64,000 bases of DNA from an uncultured Phycisphaerales bacterium (GCA_963772725.1 CAVYYI010000001.1:768001-832000); one strand, 5' to 3'; positions 1-15,413 are shown, numbered from the stretch's first letter. A program made the numbers and translations. The notes: generated by a model from the letters alone, not told the origin.

Positions 1-1
1 G

Positions 2-2010
2 CCTATATCGACCATTGACCTTGACCTGACAAATAATTGCGTCCTTGCGTGCGATTACTGTTTCAGGGGCAAGAAAAATCCCCGCAGATTAAGTTTGGAG
101 ACAGGCAAGGCGGCATCGACTGGTTCATAAAGGAATCTGGTAACAATAAGAAATTAAGTGTCGCCCTTTTCGGCGGTGAGCCTTTGATGGAGTTTAAGCT
201 GATAAAAGAGCTTGTACCTTATGGTCAGGCTCAGGCCGCAAAGGTCGGGAAATCTATGCATTTTTCCGCGACAACCAACTGCGTTTTGATTGACGATGAA
301 AAAATAGACTTTTTTCGCAAACACAAGATGACGTTTCATACGTCAATAGACGGCGGGCCGCAGTCTCAGGATATGCACAGGAAATTTCCGAACGGTTCGG
401 GCAGTTCTGCCATAGTGGAAGCTAATGTAAAAAAAGTTCTAAAATACTGGCCGGACCGCACCGCAAGAATGAGCGTAAGCAACGATACGGTCGAGCGCTG
501 GCTCGAAGATGTTCTCTATCTTGTCGGGCTTGGCTATAAGAATCTTGCTATGATTCCCATCCCTGAACAGGATTGGACGCAGGAACAGTTCGACATAATG
601 AAAAGTGAACTGCGCAAAATCTCTGATTATTACATAGAAAGATACAGACAGGGAAAGCCAATATATATCAAACATCTCGACGGCAGCATCAAAGGAATAA
701 TAAAACCTCAAAGGCGCAAGGCCCACTGCGGCTCGGGCAGAGGATATGTTCTTGTCAAGACAGACGGCTCTGTATATCCATGTCATAGATTTGGCGGGGA
801 TATAGATGCCGAAAACCAGCAGCAATGGAAATTAGGCACAATTTTCGATGGCTGGCAGGGAGATAAAAGAGCGGAATTATTAAATTTTGACTGTCGAAAA
901 GATGTTAAGGCCGATTGCGCAAACTGTATAGCTGTACATACCTGCGGGACGACTTGTATCGCGGTAAGCTGGTCTTGCTTTAAGGATATTCATCAGCCGC
1001 ACCCGAATCAATGCCGTTTTACAAAGATGTACTTTACCGAAGCCATGCGGGTTCATTATATTCTCGACAGCGAGGAGAATCGCCCGTTTATAAAGAAGTT
1101 CCATCCGGAGCGGCTTAAGAAAACAAATCAGAAAAAACCCTCAGGCCAGATAAAAAAAGCTGGCAGCACCGATGGGACAATACCTGATGTTGCTCTGGTT
1201 ATGCTGAGCAGCAGGGTATTATCGCCGTGCTTTATGTTCAACGGCGATGGCCATAAAGATGATATTAAATTATCTGTTGATAAGCTTAAATCTGCATTAA
1301 AATGGGCGACGCAATCTTCTGTGCCGAACCTGTTTTTTATTGCGGATGAAACGGAAAAGCTTGAACCTTCGGTTTCAGCCTTTTTAAAGAGTATTCCTGA
1401 ACAGATTATAGTTCCGCTGGTATCATTGCAGAGGCAGGAAGAATTGCAAATTCCGTTTTCTGAGAAGCAGACTGTGGTTGTTTGTAATCTTAATCGGCTT
1501 ATTACTGAAAGCGGCAGTATTCGCAAGAGGTCTGTGATTGTCCATGTAAACAATGATGAAATTGCTCAATTAGCCGATACGCTCCTTTCGATAAAAGATA
1601 TGATTCCGCAGATTACGCTACGCTTGCGGGATGCTCATAAGTTGGATAGTAAGCAGATAGAAACTTATAAAAAACAACTGAGCATAATCAGAGATGTTTT
1701 GTCTCTTCGCGGGGAATTAAATTTAGCGGATATAAACAAAATTCATGTAAATGGGGGAAATGGACAGAATCATTGTCCTGCGGGCGGGAAATCCGTAACA
1801 GTTGGCCCCGACGGAGAGTTCTATGCTTGTCCGGCTTTCTTTTATGCCGGTATGAAGAATTTTTCAAAAAGAGAAAAAGCGGAATGTACAATTTGCGGTT
1901 CGAAGGTATGCCCAAGCTGTGAATTCCTCGCATCGTCAGATTTTCAGGACAGGCAGCAGTTATGCAATTTATATCAGGCTGAAATGGTTATTGATAGGCA
2001 CATTGGCTGA
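2..2010 (+). CDS. Radical SAM/SPASM peptide maturase fused to a CXXX-repeat-maturase-like C-terminal domain; 5'-truncated by the window, frameshift near 110
   Basis: Frame starting at nt 2 reads TIDLDLTNNCVLACDYCFRG (CxxxCxxC), then shifts into the 37..2010 ORF with FGGEPL, SIDG and SPASM cysteines (CGSG..YPCHRF..CANC..CGTTC). A second domain carries CPAG..GPDGEFYACPAF. Confidence 0.85.
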
Positions 2011-2359
2011 AGGGTGCCCCTGCCAAATTACATCTGTATTTTTAAACAACAAATCCGGTAAGCTCTTTGACAATTTCATAGAGTTTGAGGCAATTTTAGA
2101 TTTTAGGATTGCCAGAGGTTTTATGTTATAAGACTTTTTGCAGTGTTAATCAGTGTCGAAAAGAATAGAATACAGCAGACAGAATAAGAAATTAAACTTC
2201 GCGTTTTTCATGGTGAAAAATTAAATCCGCGATAACTCGTGCTGCGTAGCGAACTACTTCGCAGTGTAGCACCAGTGTTTAACCATTTTATATCTGCCTA
2301 CGGCAGACTTTCGCTTCGCTGCAGTTTTGGAGTGCCGATTTTTATTTCTGCAGGTTCTG

Positions 2360-2758
2360 TTACTTTACAAGCCGGATGGATAATGGATACCGATAGTCCT
2401 CGCCGTTATTGGCCTTAATCGAGGCTATTATCAGGAAAACGAGGTCAAAAATGCCTACCACAGGCATTAAGAAAACTCCAATACCACATACAGCTATCAG
2501 CGGTATGCAGGCAAGAAAATAAATGGTAACAGATATCTGGAAATTTAACGCCTCTTTGCCCTGACCATCGACAAATGGGAATTCTGCCTTCTTCATCTGC
2601 CATAAAATCAGCGGAGCGATTATATTTCCAAAAGGTATAAAACCGCATAACCCCGCGAGATGACAAAACATCGCCCATGTTCTTGCGTCTTTACTTATTC
2701 CGCTGACGGTTGGCTGTCCTGTGCCTTGCGGCTGGTTCTGATTGATGTTCTCGTCCAT
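2360..2758 (-). CDS. DUF4870-like small membrane protein
   Basis: WAMFCHL..PLILW..GKEALNFQIS..YRYP motif pattern, three hydrophobic segments. Confidence 0.8.
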   Translation of the reverse strand: MDENINQNQPQGTGQPTVSGISKDARTWAMFCHLAGLCGFIPFGNIIAPLILWQMKKAEFPFVDGQGKEALNFQISVTIYFLACIPLIAVCGIGVFLMPVVGIFDLVFLIIASIKANNGEDYRYPLSIRLVK

Positions 2759-2907
2759 AATTTAACTCCCTTCAAATTTAAATTATATTTTGAACCGATA
2801 AACTTATTCTTTTTTATAATAACCGGCTGACATTGGCAAGAAGAAAATTCAAACGGCTAAAATAAAATTCGCTTTAAAAGACAGAATCAATAAGCATGGT
2901 GACGAGG

Positions 2908-5458
2908 TTATTTTGCGGCGATGCCTTTGAAACCGCGAGAAATCAGGGCGGCAATATCGAGTAAGACGCTGGGCAAAATAAGTCCGCCCGGACAAACAAT
3001 GTATTTTGATTCCCAAACCGGATTAAATTTTTCTTTATATTGCCGCAGGCCCTGGAAATTATAAAAATGCTCACCGTGCCTGAAAATCAAAGTGCCGAGC
3101 TTGTACCAAAGCGGCGCAAGGCTTCGCTCCTCAAAGCCGGACAGCGGCGCCATTCCCAGATTAAACCACTGATAACCCTGCTGTTTACCCCAGAGCATAA
3201 GTTCAGCGAAGAGAAAATCCATTACTCCTGCCGGACAATCCGGCAGATATCGCATCAGGTCAATGGATAATTCCTCTTTTCCCGCACCTGCCCAGATGTT
3301 TGCGAAAGCGATAATTTCTCCTTTGCTGCGAATGGCTGCACAGGGAAAATGCCTGAGATAATCGGCATCGAAAAAACCCAGCGAAAAACTCTTTTCACGT
3401 ACATTTTTACCCGTGAGCCACTGGTCGGAGATATATTTCAGCCGCTCGAAATGCGATGGAACTTCGCTTTGAGGAATTATTTCGAGTGTGATTTCTTCTT
3501 TTTCAAATCTATTGCGGACGTTCCGGAAATCCTTTTTATCGGCACCCTCGAGAGAAAAATTCTGGAGCGGGACACGGGCTTCTTCTCCGAGTTTTAAAAA
3601 TGTCAGCCCGAGGTCGAGATAAAAATCGATATGCTTGTTTTCTATGCCGTAGAAGACGCTCCAGCCGCCGTACCTGTCTGCCGTTTCACGAAACTGCCAG
3701 ATAAGCTCATCCCATTCTTCTTCCGGCCCGACCGGGTCAGCCAGAGCGACCCAACTGCGTTTTTCGATTCCGTACATAAGGAAGGCGTTTTGTTTTTCGC
3801 TGAAAAGAAAGGCCTTGTCGCCGAGCAGGGCGAGATTGGCATAAGTTTTTCTCGAATTTTTAATTATTGGTTCAGCCTTTTCCATATCAGTAATACTGCC
3901 GGCCTCTGATTTCGGTGAAACAGGATAAAAGAGTTTGAGCATGCCGAAAAGCAGCAGAACAACTATCGCCGCGGTCGTTGCCCGCAGAAAGCGAGGAGCG
4001 TCTCGTGTAATGGCAAACTGCCACCACATTTCATTTGAGTAAACCAAATGCCGGTGCGAAAGCATTCCAAGCCAGATACAGCAAAGAATTACAATCGCTA
4101 TTAAAACGGTCCAAGTCGCAGAGAACCTGTCATTTATCAGGGACGATTTACGATAGAAATCGTTTCGACACGGCAGCAGCGCCGCGAGCATAATGGTCAA
4201 AACCAGCGCATCTCCATAATTCAGACCCCTCAAAACTGAAAATACAATACCCGCGCCGAGAAGAATTACGGAAAAGTGGTATGCGTGCGTCGAGTCTTCG
4301 CTGCAACCCTCTGGCCAATATCAATAGTGCCGCTCCGACGACGCTGCCCATAAAGTGTGATATTTCTATTACTGGAAGCGGGAGAAGGTTGTAAAGCCAT
4401 GCCAAACGGTTCCTCTCACCGGGAATTGCGCCTGAAAAAAGGAGAATCACACCGCCGACAAAGGTGCTGAACGCGAGAATATTTGGCGTGACAGCCGACG
4501 ACCACTGGCCGAGAATTGTGCCGACCTGTTTTATGATATGGCGATTTTTCAGCAGTTCGTGTGTACCTAACAGCACTGACGCGATTCCAAGCGGGAGCAG
4601 ATAATAGATTATGCGATAAAGAATAAGCGAACTGATGACCTGCGACGGTTCGCAGTAATCCGAGAGAAGCAGAAGGATTATTGTCTCGAAGACTCCCAGT
4701 CCGCCGGGTACGTGACTGAGCAGTCCCGCGACTTGCGCGAACATAAAAAGGCCAAGAAAGTCAGTATAATTTAAACCTGCACGGTTGGGAAGCAGCGCAT
4801 AAAGCACACCTCCGGCCAAAATCCAGTCCAGAGAGGATATTACGACCTGGACAAGGATAATGCGCAAATTGGGAAAGTCGAGTTCCCAGCCGCGTATTTT
4901 TACAGGCAATTTTACGAAGGTTCCATATATAATGTATGTTATGACGATGCCAAGAAAGACAAAACCGATGAGATGGATTGAATTAAATAGGATATGCAGG
5001 GAGTCCGGAATCTGCGGAGGCTTGAAAGCGAAAATAGCCCCGCCTATTATAAAAAGTCCGAGCCAGAAAGTTAAGCCGCAAAAGATTACGAGCTTCGCGA
5101 CTTCCTGTGCCGAGAGTCCCAGGGCTGAGTAAATACGATAGCGTGCCGCACTTCCGCCGAATATAGTAACATTGTGTGCGAATGTATAACCTACAAAAGA
5201 CGCCATCATTGTCTGGCGGTATTTGAGGGGATGCCTGATGTAACGCAAAGCGAGAAAATCATAGAAAGTCAGCATCAGATAGCTTGAAAGTGTTAATACA
5301 CAGCTAAGAATCACAAAGCCTATCGGTATTTCTCTTAGCCAGCGGGTAATTTCATGATAATGATATTTTCTGAGAGTATGGTGAATAATCATCAGCGCCG
5401 CCGCGAATAGCAGAACGCCGATAACCGAACTGATGCTATGCAGCAGTTTCTTATTCAT
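2908..5458 (-). CDS. mprF: Bifunctional lysyl-phosphatidylglycerol flippase/synthetase, split by one frameshift near 4150-4290
   Basis: N-terminal multi-TM flippase (4148..5458, HVPGGLGVFE) plus C-terminal synthetase (2908..4233, LGEEARV, EKSFSLG, IDLMR, LGMAPL, YNFQGLRQYKEKF). Confidence 0.9.
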
Positions 5459-5643
5459 ATTCCGTCATCGCCTTACAAAGTTTCAAAAAATATCCGTTTC
5501 AATTATACTCATACTAAGATTATTAATCAAAACAGAATATTGCCAATGTCATATTTTGGATACCACTCATTAACATTCGCGGGAATGACAATTTATTCAA
5601 TAGTGCAGTATGTATACAGGAATCAATAAGCGGGGGGGGTGAT

Positions 5644-7459
5644 TTAATATCTTTTTTTATCTTTGGATTGTGGCGCTGCAAGGCGGGAGATTTTTGGGAG
5701 TAAATCTTCGCGATTGCGGCGGGAGAGGTATTCTGCGATTATTCCTGTGTTTCGGGGGTCATAATACTGGAGGAGTGCGGCCTGGAGTTGTTTTTCGGTT
5801 CGGCCTCGCGGGATGTGGATGCCTTTACCTCTGGAGTTTTGGCCGGTGAAGAACATCGCGGCGGACATTGATAATGGGATGGGGACGAAATCCTGTACCT
5901 GTCTGGGCCGCCAAGAGCGGGAGATAAGGTATTCCGTAAGTTTGAGGGCATCTTCGGGGGTACAGCCGGGATGGGCGGTTATAAAATACGGGATTAGGTA
6001 TTGTTCTTTTCCGGCGCGGCGGGAGGCGTCGTTAAAACATGCTTCGAATTTTTCAAAAACCTCGAAGGGAGGTTTTCCCATAAATTCGAGGACTTTGGGG
6101 CAGTAATGTTCAGGTGCGACTTTGAGGTGTCCTCCGACAAAGTGTTTGGCTAATAAATCTATGTACTCTTTGCTTTGCAGGGCTAAGTCGTGACGAACAC
6201 CTGAGGCGACATAGACATTTACTTTTTTGGATGAGGTTTTCCAGCGGATAAGTGCGTCCATCATTTTTATCAGTGATTCGGCGGAGCAATTTAGATTCTG
6301 GCATATCGATGGGAACAGGCAGCTTGTGCGGCGCATGGTTCTTTTGCGGAACATTTCATGCCGTACATATTGGCTGAAGGGCCGCCGATATCGTGGATGG
6401 TGCCGCGAAACTGCTTATGGTTTTTAATTGTTTCGGCTTCAGCGAGGATGGAGTCGATGGAACGAGAAGAGATAAATTTTCCCTGGTGGAAATAGATGGA
6501 GCAGAAAGAGCAGCCGCCGAAACAGCCTCGGTGCGCGGTAATGGAAAAACGGACTGGTTCGAGAGCTGGGATACCGCCGGCGAGGTCGTAACGCGGATGC
6601 CAGTTACGTGTGAAGGGTAAGTCGTAGAGTTTGTCTATTTCTTCTGTGGTCAGAGGTCTTGCGGGGGGCATTATAACTACTGTGCCGCCGGGCTGGTCTT
6701 GAATTACGGGCAGACCGGTGGGATTTGCCTGCTGTTGATATAAGTTCTGTGCGGTCATGAAGGCGGATTTGTTGCCCTGTTGCTCTTCCAAAGACGGCAG
6801 ACGGATTGCGTTCGGGGGTGCGGGGGTATTTTTCATAACCCGCCATGCGGTGCCGGGTATATCGGTTAATTTGTCGATGGTTTGGCCTGCATTTAATCGC
6901 TTGGCGATTTCCTCAACGGCCAGTTCCGCCATTCCAAAAACGAGGAGGTCGGCTTTGGCGTCGATTAAGGCGGACTGCTTGATTTTGTCTTCGATGTAGT
7001 CGTAATGGACGAGTCGGCGAAGGCTGGCTTCGAGTCCGCCGAGAATGATGGGGATACCTTTATAGGCCTGGCGAACCATAGCGGAATAAACGAGCAGCGG
7101 TCTGGAGGGCGCAATCCGAGGGCGGCACCGGGGCTGTAAACGTCTTCTTTTCGGCGATGGCCCATTGAGGCGTAATCGTTGAGTCTTGAGTCAACGGCGC
7201 CGCTTGTAATGCCCCAGAAGAGCTTTGGCGGGCCGAGGACCCGAAAGGCATCGACGCTTCGCCAGTCGGGCTGGGCGAGGATTGCGACGCGGTAGCCGAG
7301 TTTTTCGAGGCGTCTGCCGATTAGGGCAATACCAAACGAGGGATGGTCAACGTAGGCGTCGCCTGTAACGAGGATGATGTCAGCCTGCGTCCAGCCTCGG
7401 CTTTGCAAATCCTGCGCGGTCATGGGCAGGAACAAATTTGTATTAGTTTTAATAACCAT
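5644..7459 (-). CDS. YgiQ-family (UPF0313) radical SAM protein, in three frameshifted pieces
   Basis: [56 protein letters not shown] across ORFs 6965..7459, 6291..7079, 5644..6354. Confidence 0.9.
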
Positions 7460-7601
7460 TAAACTATTGTACCATATTTGGGCGAATTATGTTTGAATGA
7501 TTTATGAAAAGCATTATGAAAAGCAACAGTTATTGACATCCGGGAGCCGCGGATTTATCATAAGCGTTTTGAGTAAAAATTAAATTTTGAGGAATACTGT
7601 A

Positions 7602-10489
<2,888 letters not shown>

Positions 10490-10491
10490 AG

Positions 10492-10995
10492 ATGACAGCA
10501 AATCCTAAGCACAAATTCCGAAACAAATTCAAAAAAAAATATAAAGTAGATGATATTAAAATGATAACTAAAGAGGAAAAACAGATTCAAAGCATGAGAA
10601 ATCGACGACGGCTGCCCGGCATTGCAGCTTCGTTATTTCTTCTCATCATGATGTCAGCCGTTCTTGCCTTTACAATTCATCTGAGCAATAAGGTTGATGC
10701 TCTTGTCACACCAGAACGGATTAGTACAATGGCATCATTTGAAAACCCAAAGAATGAGTTGCCTGAGCTTTTCAGCCGTTTCCACACTTTGGCAGGTATA
10801 AGCGCCAAATTGATGTTTTACACGCACTTTTTTGCCTGTTTAATCGGTTTCCTTTTGGGATTATTAATTATCCAAATCAGTGATATAAAAAACCCGAGAC
10901 TCTTACTTTCGATGTGGGATCGGATTAAGGAACTCGAGAAACAAGTCCAAACACTTAAAAATGGACAACAATCGAATTTAGATGACAGTTTATGA
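10492..10995 (+). CDS. Hypothetical two-TM membrane protein with C-terminal coiled coil
   Basis: ORF starts 3 nt after the ileS stop; two hydrophobic helices; start codon uncertain. Confidence 0.55.
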   Translation: MTANPKHKFRNKFKKKYKVDDIKMITKEEKQIQSMRNRRRLPGIAASLFLLIMMSAVLAFTIHLSNKVDALVTPERISTMASFENPKNELPELFSRFHTLAGISAKLMFYTHFFACLIGFLLGLLIIQISDIKNPRLLLSMWDRIKELEKQVQTLKNGQQSNLDDSL

Positions 10996-11085
10996 TTTCG
11001 ATTTTTCAATCCAAAATCTAAAGTCCAAAATTTCTTACCTCTGCGTTCTTGGCGAACTCGGCGGTGAAAATCGGTTTAAGGGTGG

Positions 11086-11376
11086 TTATTCTATTTCGTG
11101 GGTGACGGTTTGGAGGATTTTCTTTTCGCGGTTTAGGAGGAGGTTGCCGAGGGTTTTCAGGCTGAGATTGTAGAAGAAGGCGATTGTTGCCAATACCGCG
11201 AAAGTTGTTATCGTCAATAGATATGGCCGCAGAATCGACCCGCGTCTGCTTGTGCTTAGCAGCAGAATTATCTCCGCTGTGGTACTGCTGCCCATATTGT
11301 GGATTGTTGAACGCCGCTTGTCTTCATCTATGATATTTTGGCTGATGGTTATAATCACCTCCGTATTGACCTCCAA
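11086..11376 (-). CDS. Hypothetical small membrane protein (doubtful)
   Basis: 96-aa ORF with one hydrophobic segment; no recognisable family. Confidence 0.3.
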   Translation of the reverse strand: MEVNTEVIITISQNIIDEDKRRSTIHNMGSSTTAEIILLLSTSRRGSILRPYLLTITTFAVLATIAFFYNLSLKTLGNLLLNREKKILQTVTHEIE

Positions 11377-11474
11377 TATCGAGCATTCTTTTCACCGAAT
11401 CAATCAGAAGGGGACGCCTCAGCGTCGTAATGCCCATCCATGCCTCCGTCTATGAATCGCTCAAAACTGATGTA

Positions 11475-12597
11475 TACTGCTTACGATTGAATTTTCCCGT
11501 TTTTATGCAGCTTGAATGTGAAAGTTTTCTGTCAGTAATGCTCTCAGTTCCGGCAAATATTTCTTTCTCTTCCGGAAAAAGCTCTCACATGCTCGCTTGA
11601 ATTCACCAAACGTTTCATAGTAGCGATTGTTCAGCACTTTTTTCTTAAAAAACTTCCAGTACCGTTCAATCAGATTCAGATTCGGCGAGTATGACGGCAA
11701 AAAGATCAATTTGATTTTCGTGCCCTCGGTATACTCTTTTAACAAACGTGAACGATAATATCGAGCATTGTCAACAATGATGTAAATCCTTTTGGCCTCC
11801 GGATGTTTTGCTTCGATCTTAGAGAACAAATCAATGGTCGAATTCGCATTGATCGTGTCATAAAACCCTGTCGTTGGCTCCAGTGTTTCGATGTTAATCG
11901 CACCATTGATATTCAATCGCTGGCGGCCACAGTTGGCTTTGAGTTCTTTTTCCCTTCCCGTCTTAATCCAGCCGTAAGAAGGAATGCTGTTGTGCTGCGG
12001 GTGGGTGGCATCGGCGAAATAAATTGGGTCGTTTTGACTTTTGCTTGCCTTGATCTGTTCATATTCCTCGAGAAATGCCTGTTGCTTGATGGGGTCTTGT
12101 TTACCGGGAACATGTGTCGGCTTCTTGTAGGAAAATCCAAGACGATGCAGCAAATCGGTGACTCCGCTGACGGAGTAATGGACCACATACTGCTTGTCAA
12201 TGTGAGCGATAACCGATTTGGCATCGGGGAAAATATGATCTTCGAGATATGCCTCAAGTTCGCTCATTTGATGTTCATCGAGTTTCGGTTCTGCGCCGGG
12301 ATAGTTGTCATCCAGCAATGCCTGGAAACCGTCTTGCCGATACCGCTCGAAATAGCCCCGTGATGTCTTCTCATCGAAAAGAAGTATCTCGGCCACCTGA
12401 GCCGCCGACCATCCCTTTGCTAAAGCAATGACCGCTTTGACCCGGTCGGCCTGACGCTTATCACGCAACGAACGATGCAATGCCTCCAGTTCAGCTATTT
12501 TTTCTTTTGACAACTTATAATCCTTCATATACGCTGTTTATCGGACAGAAGGTGCTTTTTGATTGAAAAATACGGAATTTTTCAATCAAGAGTAGTA
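11475..12597 (-). mobile_element. IS630-family insertion sequence
   Basis: Imperfect terminal inverted repeats TACTGCTTACGATTGAA / TACTACTCTTGATTGAA flanked by duplicated TA (11473-74, 12598-99). Confidence 0.9.
11503..12528 (-). CDS. IS630-family DDE transposase
   Basis: N-terminal HTH domains; YFADATHP, IIVDNARY, LPSYSPNLNLIERYW. Confidence 0.95.
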   Translation of the reverse strand: MKDYKLSKEKIAELEALHRSLRDKRQADRVKAVIALAKGWSAAQVAEILLFDEKTSRGYFERYRQDGFQALLDDNYPGAEPKLDEHQMSELEAYLEDHIFPDAKSVIAHIDKQYVVHYSVSGVTDLLHRLGFSYKKPTHVPGKQDPIKQQAFLEEYEQIKASKSQNDPIYFADATHPQHNSIPSYGWIKTGREKELKANCGRQRLNINGAINIETLEPTTGFYDTINANSTIDLFSKIEAKHPEAKRIYIIVDNARYYRSRLLKEYTEGTKIKLIFLPSYSPNLNLIERYWKFFKKKVLNNRYYETFGEFKRACESFFRKRKKYLPELRALLTENFHIQAA

Positions 12598-12602
12598 TAG
12601 TA

Positions 12603-13720
12603 TTACTTATCCCGTGATAAACCTAAAATCCGTTCCGCGATTTTGGTAGCAGCCGTTTTGTTGGCGACATCCTTGCAGCCCTGTTTCATTTCAAGTCTTT
12701 TAGCATCGTCTTTAAGCAGCACTTCAAGTTCTTCCCAAAGCCATTCGCGGCGGTCTGTCGCGTCCGGCACATCGTCAACAATTATCGCCGCACCCGCCTC
12801 GACAAGCTTGCCCGCGTTAAGATACTGATGCCTGTCCTTATGATACGGATACGGCATACATATACTCGGCACTTCCGCCGCTGCGTATTCCGCCACGCTT
12901 ACCGCACCGCTCCTGCCGATAGCCAGTTCCGCAGCGCTAAGCAAATCAGGCATATCGTCATAGTAATCCAAAACCGTATGACGAATCTTAGCACCCGCGT
13001 ATCCGCTCTTAACTCCCTCGAAATTAGCCCTGCCCGTAAGATGAACAATCTGCCAGCTATCCGCGAAAGCATCAAGATTCCCCAGCAGCGAGCAAATCGC
13101 ATCATTGATATTCTGTGCCTCCGCTCGATGCACCTGTTATAAGCAGAATCTTTTTCTGCCTGTTCGAGCCCCAAATTCTCTATCGCCCGCGCAGCATTGA
13201 GATTTTCAAAGTTATTCCTCAAGGGACACCCAACGACTTTGACCTTATTTTTGTTTCTGCCGAACGATTCTCTCGTATCCTCGAACTGTACAAAAATCTC
13301 ATCCGCAAATCTCGCCAGCACTTTATTAGCTTTGCCCGGCACGATATCAACGTTGATAAGCTTAACAGATATTTTCCGCCTGTAAGCTGTCCAGCAAGCC
13401 GGCGCAGCGACAAATCCGCCTACCCCGATAACCATCGGATTCTCACATCGGCTTAAAGTTTCCTTAACCATCCAGCAGCTTTGAAAAAACGCTTTACAAA
13501 AATCAATAATCCCCGCCGGACGCAGTGAAAATCCTTTCGCCTGAAGCTCCGTATAACCGAACGGCGTTTTACTAAGTATCTGCGAATCAATCTTTCGGCT
13601 GCTGCAAAAAAACCGCACCTTCGCGCCAGCGTCTAATTTTACTATCTGTTCAGCCACAGCGATTGCCGGGTATAAATGTCCGCCCGTCCCGCCTCCCGCG
13701 AAAAAAATCTCTTTACTCAT
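12603..13720 (-). CDS. murG: Undecaprenyl-PP-MurNAc-pentapeptide GlcNAc transferase, one frameshift near 13130-13160
   Basis: AGGGTGGHLYPA, GVGGFV, GRSGAVSVAE, HQYLNA. Confidence 0.93.
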
Positions 13721-14430
13721 TTTTTCATTTCCTCAATTGCGTTTTCTATTACATTGTGAGGATTCGCCAGCAGATGCGTAATCATCCCAAGAAATTCCGC
13801 CGCGTAAACCCCGTTAATAACCCTGTGGTCCACCGCCAAACTCAAACTCACAACCCTGCGCTCCGACGGTCTGCCCTCATGCGGTACAATCCGATGAAGC
13901 ACATTACCCACCGAAAGAATAACACTCGCTGGCATCGGCACAATCCCAAAAAACGAATCCACATCATACGCCCCAAGATTACTCAAAGCAATCGTTTCCC
14001 CCTCAATCTGCTCCAGCTTCAAACTGTTGCTCCGTGCGCCGTCGGTAAGCAGCTTTTCCTCTTCCGCAATCTGCACAAGCGATTTTTTATCCGCGTCCTT
14101 TATCACCGGCACAATAAGCCCGTGAGACGCCATAACCGCAAACCCGACATTAACTGTATCGGCTATTGTAATATTCTCCCCGTCAAACCTGCCCAGCACC
14201 AGCGGATACTTTTCCGCCGCCATCGCCAGAACCCGAACATAAAAAGTGTTCGTAGTAATTTTCACCCCCAGCATTTTACGAAGCCTAGGCCTTAGCTCGA
14301 CAAGCATAGTCACATCCGCCGTCGTTTCCAGATAAAAGCACGGCTTACTCAGCTTGCTCGCCAGCATCCTTTGCCCGATTAGCTTTTGAATCCTCGTTAA
14401 AGGGATATGGTTATTCAGGCTTTTATCCAA
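13717..14430 (-). CDS. Stand-alone 2-oxo-acid dehydrogenase E2-type acyltransferase catalytic domain (no lipoyl domain)
   Basis: NVGFAV..GLIVPVIKDADKKSL, IALSNLG, SLAVDHRVING. Confidence 0.85.
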   Translation of the reverse strand: MDKSLNNHIPLTRIQKLIGQRMLASKLSKPCFYLETTADVTMLVELRPRLRKMLGVKITTNTFYVRVLAMAAEKYPLVLGRFDGENITIADTVNVGFAVMASHGLIVPVIKDADKKSLVQIAEEEKLLTDGARSNSLKLEQIEGETIALSNLGAYDVDSFFGIVPMPASVILSVGNVLHRIVPHEGRPSERRVVSLSLAVDHRVINGVYAAEFLGMITHLLANPHNVIENAIEEMKK

Positions 14431-14759
14431 TTAGCCCTCTGATCATGAACATTTTCAAAAACATCTTCCTGCCAAAAATTACACCTGCTTCATATAAAAT
14501 TAAAAACACAGGCCACATTATAATCAGCTCTTCCATCAATGCAAGCAAACACCCGCCGTAAATACAATATACTTATCCCCGCGATTTTCAGAGCTGCGAA
14601 TGTCAATGAACGGTCATATTCTTTCATTCCGAGTTGAATGTTAAATGTTTTTGTCCTGCATCTTTTGTCCTGGGTTTTGCAACATTATCAAAATTTTCTG
14701 GCAATACCCAAATTCTAATGGTAGAATTATCCGAATTATTTTTTAAGGAGATGAAAAAT

Positions 14760-15413
14760 ATGAAGACCGTCTGCGTATCCCTGTTGTTGGCAATGACTAT
14801 TATTATCGCCGGTTGTTCTTCAGGCGAAAGTTTTGCCAGGAAGAGTTTCGATTTCAGCAAAGTAACCAAAGTCGCCGTTGTGGATGTCCAGGGCGCCGTT
14901 GAAGGCGAGGCTGCCAAAGGCCAGATTGCCGATTTTATGAATATGGCACTGCTCCAGAAAGGGTACAGCCCCGTTGAGCGTACACAGGTTGATACCCTGC
15001 TGAAAGAGCAGGATTTCCAGATTAGCGGTTTAACCTCTAAAGAAGGTGTCGCGCAGGCAGGTAAAATTCTCAATGTCCCAGCCGTAATTATCGTAAATGT
15101 TCCCAAGTTCGATGAGGAAATGAGCATCACCGCCAAAATGATTGACACCGAGGACGGTAGCATATTGTGGGTCGGCACAGGCTTTGGCAGAACTGGACGA
15201 ACCCTCGGCACTATCGTTGGAGCTGTTTTCGGCGCAGGGGCCGGTGTTGCTGCCGGTGGTGAAAATAATAAAGTCGCAGGAGGTGTCGCAGGAGGTGTCC
15301 TCGGCGGTGTCGCGGGTAATGCCTTATCCCCCCAGCAGGCCCAAGAAGCACAAAAGGTCATTAAGAAAATTTCAAAAACTCTTCCGTCCCCAATGCCATG
15401 TGATAAAAAATGA
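14760..15413 (+). CDS. Lipoprotein with CsgG/LpoB-like domain and glycine zipper
   Basis: Lipobox IIAGC, VERTQVDTLLKEQ motif, Gly/Ala zipper near the C-terminus; AAGGAG RBS. Confidence 0.7.
   Translation: MKTVCVSLLLAMTIIIAGCSSGESFARKSFDFSKVTKVAVVDVQGAVEGEAAKGQIADFMNMALLQKGYSPVERTQVDTLLKEQDFQISGLTSKEGVAQAGKILNVPAVIIVNVPKFDEEMSITAKMIDTEDGSILWVGTGFGRTGRTLGTIVGAVFGAGAGVAAGGENNKVAGGVAGGVLGGVAGNALSPQQAQEAQKVIKKISKTLPSPMPCDKK

Noticed and set aside
2167..2187. 21-bp exact inverted match to 58835-58855 as ends of a large mobile element
   Set aside because: Low-complexity heptamer-type intergenic repeat; the interval holds core housekeeping genes
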